DNA of 64,000 nucleotides from NCBI RefSeq assembly GCF_988243305.1, contig NZ_OZ547136.1; one strand, 5' to 3'. Shown piece by piece: positions 63,535 to 64,000 of this stretch (position 1 is its first letter; each line of letters starts with the position of its first letter). The notes under the pieces were generated by a model. It saw only the letters and a program-made list of their open reading frames with translations, ran no database searches and was not told where the DNA came from. The position numbers and the translations under genes were made by a program.

Positions 63535-64000
63535 ATGATCCACGCCTTTATTAAAAAAGGGTGTTTTCAGGATTCTGTCAGTTTAATGATTATTTCACGA
63601 AAACTCAGCGAATCAGAAAATGTTGATGATGTTTCCGTAATGATGGGTACGCCCGCCAATAAAGCGTTATTAGATACCACAGGTTTCTGGCATGACGATT
63701 TTAATAACGCCACGCCGAACGATATTTGCGTGGCAATTCGTAGCGAAGCGGCGGATGCGGGGATCGCGCAGGCGATTATGCAACAGCTTGAAGAGGCGCT
63801 AAAACAACTGGCGCAGGGTTCAGGCAGCAGCCAGGCGTTGACGCAGGTGCGTCGCTGGGACAGTGCCTGTCAGAAATTACCCGATGCCAGTCTGGCGCTG
63901 ATTTCAGTGGCTGGCGAGTATGCGGCGGAGCTGGCTAATCAGGCGCTGGATCGCAACCTCAACGTGATGATGTTCTCCGATAACGTCACGCTGGAAGATG
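63535..64000 (+). CDS. fdrA: FdrA, N-terminal part (runs off the window edge)
   Basis: Manual translation from the ATG preceded by AAGGAG: MIHAFIKKGCFQDSVSLMIISRKLSESENVDDVSVMMGTPANKALLDTTGFWHDDF..., open to the window end; matches recalled K-12 FdrA. Start may be off by 1 nt. Confidence 0.8.
   Translation, partial: MIHAFIKKGCFQDSVSLMIISRKLSESENVDDVSVMMGTPANKALLDTTGFWHDDFNNATPNDICVAIRSEAADAGIAQAIMQQLEEALKQLAQGSGSSQALTQVRRWDSACQKLPDASLALISVAGEYAAELANQALDRNLNVMMFSDNVTLED

Overview
This window reads as an Escherichia coli-type chromosomal segment: a conserved backbone (ybaP, copA, glsA, ybaT, cueR, ybbJ, qmcA, fetAB, cnoX/ybbN, ybbO, tesA, ybbA, ybbP, selU, then the allantoin/glyoxylate cluster allS-allA-allR-gcl-hyi-glxR-ybbW-allB-ybbY-glxK and allE-allC-allD, ending in partial fdrA) interrupted by three accessory insertions. 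Backbone gene calls rest on my recall of the E. coli K-12 proteins and gene order; no database search was run. (1) About 6.2-32.1 kb: a type I secretion island between ybaT and cueR, encoding a TolC-family outer-membrane protein, a 6,925-aa repetitive RTX/Bap/LapA-type adhesin, an ABC transporter with an N-terminal C39-like domain, and an HlyD-family membrane fusion protein whose stop codon overlaps the cueR start. (2) About 32.5-34.9 kb: a minus-strand three-gene module (a short YadA-anchor trimeric-autotransporter-like protein, a lipoprotein, a small membrane protein) plus a divergent small ORF and palindromic candidate operators, inserted between cueR and ybbJ. (3) About 43.6-47.0 kb: an AT-rich module where K-12 carries rhsD, encoding an Hcp domain fused to a DUF2235/Tle1-type phospholipase domain, followed by two tandem diverged signal-peptide paralogs that are probably immunity proteins. 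I consider this orphan T6SS effector-immunity module the most interesting candidate in the window. Coordinates of CDS come from the ORF track (several starts trimmed to the conserved start); coordinates of short motifs were read by hand and may be off by 1-2 nt. No rRNA, tRNA or CRISPR array was seen.
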